From a virus (Duplodnaviria > Caudoviricetes), in the IMG/VR virus record IMGVR_UViG_3300044591_000931, positions 1 to 38,174 of that record: a stretch of 38,174 nucleotides of DNA. The stretch is one strand, 5' to 3'. The notes beneath the pieces were generated by a model that saw only the letters and a program-made list of their open reading frames with translations, was not told where the DNA came from and did no database searches. The position numbers and the translations under genes are program-made. Of the stretch, positions 37,312 through 38,174 are shown piece after piece. Numbering within the stretch: the first letter of the stretch is position 1; each line of letters begins with the position of its first letter.

Positions 37312-38174
37312 ATGGCATATATTCAACTTCAATTTCGTCGCGGTACTGCTTTAGAGTGGTCTACTGCGAACACAGTTCTTGCGCAAGGCGAATTTGGTCT
37401 TGAGACTGATACAAGTCAGTTCAAAGTTGGTGATGGCACCACGGCATGGAACATATTAGCATATGGTGGTATTGTTGGTCCATCTGGTCCGTCTGGTCCA
37501 GAAGGTCCACAAGGTGTCACTGGTCCACAAGGTCCTCAGGGTCCACAGGGTCCAGAAGGTCCTCAAGGTCCATCAGGTGTTTCAAACGTTCCTGGTCCGC
37601 AAGGTCCACAAGGTGACGTTGGACCACAGGGTCCAGAGGGTCCACAAGGACCAGAAGGTCCGCAGGGTGTAACTGGTCCACAAGGTCCAGAAGGTCCGCA
37701 GGGTCCAGAGGGTCCTCAAGGTCCACAAGGTGTAACTGGTCCGCAAGGTCCAGAAGGTCCACAAGGACCAGAAGGTCCTCAAGGTGTTGTTGGTCCACAA
37801 GGTCCAGAGGGTCCACAAGGACCAGAAGGTCCTCAAGGTCCACAGGGTGTCACAGGAGATACTGGTCCACAGGGTCCACAAGGTCCAACAGGACCAACTG
37901 GCGCACAAGGTAACTTTGGTGGCGCAACATTTGAATATAATTTCCAAACTGATACATCAGATACTGATCCTGGCAATAGTTCATTGAAATTGAACAATGC
38001 GTCAGCAACACTTGCTGATAAACTTTGGATTGATTATGTTGATGAGAGTGGCACAGATATTCAAAATTATCTTGCTACAATCGATGACTCAACATCATTG
38101 ATCAAAGGTCACTTCCGTATCACAAATAAAGCAAACTCATCAGACTTTGCACTCTTCACTATCAGCAATTTGGT
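37312..38174 (+). CDS. Collagen-like fibre with an Mtd_N / hyaluronidase-N-type N-terminal domain (3'-truncated; absent from the ORF track)
   Basis: ATG 37312 reads [51 protein letters not shown], then GPQ/GPE collagen and the shared internal domain. Frame is open to the window end. Confidence 0.85.
   Translation, partial: MAYIQLQFRRGTALEWSTANTVLAQGEFGLETDTSQFKVGDGTTAWNILAYGGIVGPSGPSGPEGPQGVTGPQGPQGPQGPEGPQGPSGVSNVPGPQGPQGDVGPQGPEGPQGPEGPQGVTGPQGPEGPQGPEGPQGPQGVTGPQGPEGPQGPEGPQGVVGPQGPEGPQGPEGPQGPQGVTGDTGPQGPQGPTGPTGAQGNFGGATFEYNFQTDTSDTDPGNSSLKLNNASATLADKLWIDYVDESGTDIQNYLATIDDSTSLIKGHFRITNKANSSDFALFTISNL

Noticed and set aside
37312-38174. Diversity-generating retroelement suggested by the Mtd_N-like domain
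   Set aside because: Only the N-terminal structural domain is present; no reverse transcriptase or template/variable repeat pair is visible in the window.
1-38174. Alternative genetic code (stop codon reassignment)
   Set aside because: Genes are full length in the standard code, and TAG ends gp8 (4743) and the collagen fibre (30306) at their expected C-termini.

Overview
This window is a continuous + strand late (virion structural) region of a large T4-like myovirus; the host cannot be inferred from it. The gene order is: baseplate wedge gp7 (5'-truncated), gp8, a VrlC/DUF4815-like protein encoded as two ORFs, a fibre carrier, three Tyr-Asn-Gly-Pro ('YN') repeat proteins, a 2026-aa collagen-like fibre, neck/tail-completion genes gp13-gp14-gp15, and two more collagen-like fibres. 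Three islands of modifying enzymes are interleaved with the fibre genes: 2OG-Fe(II) oxygenases, a GT60/Gnt1-like GlcNAc transferase, GT4 and GT2 glycosyltransferases, and two DUF6065-like paralogs. The most unusual observations are: (1) the YN proteins have mirror-ordered repeats around variable 'tip' domains, suggesting hairpin fibres; (2) one YN fibre is split in two, with a cleavage-only Hint domain sitting where a tip would be; (3) the enzymes resemble a phage-encoded hydroxylation-then-glycosylation pathway for the fibres, and one oxygenase has lost an iron ligand; (4) sigma70-like promoters precede two enzyme islands, while RBS-sequestering hairpins overlapping late promoters guard the downstream structural genes. 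All family assignments come from motif recognition by eye; no database search was run.
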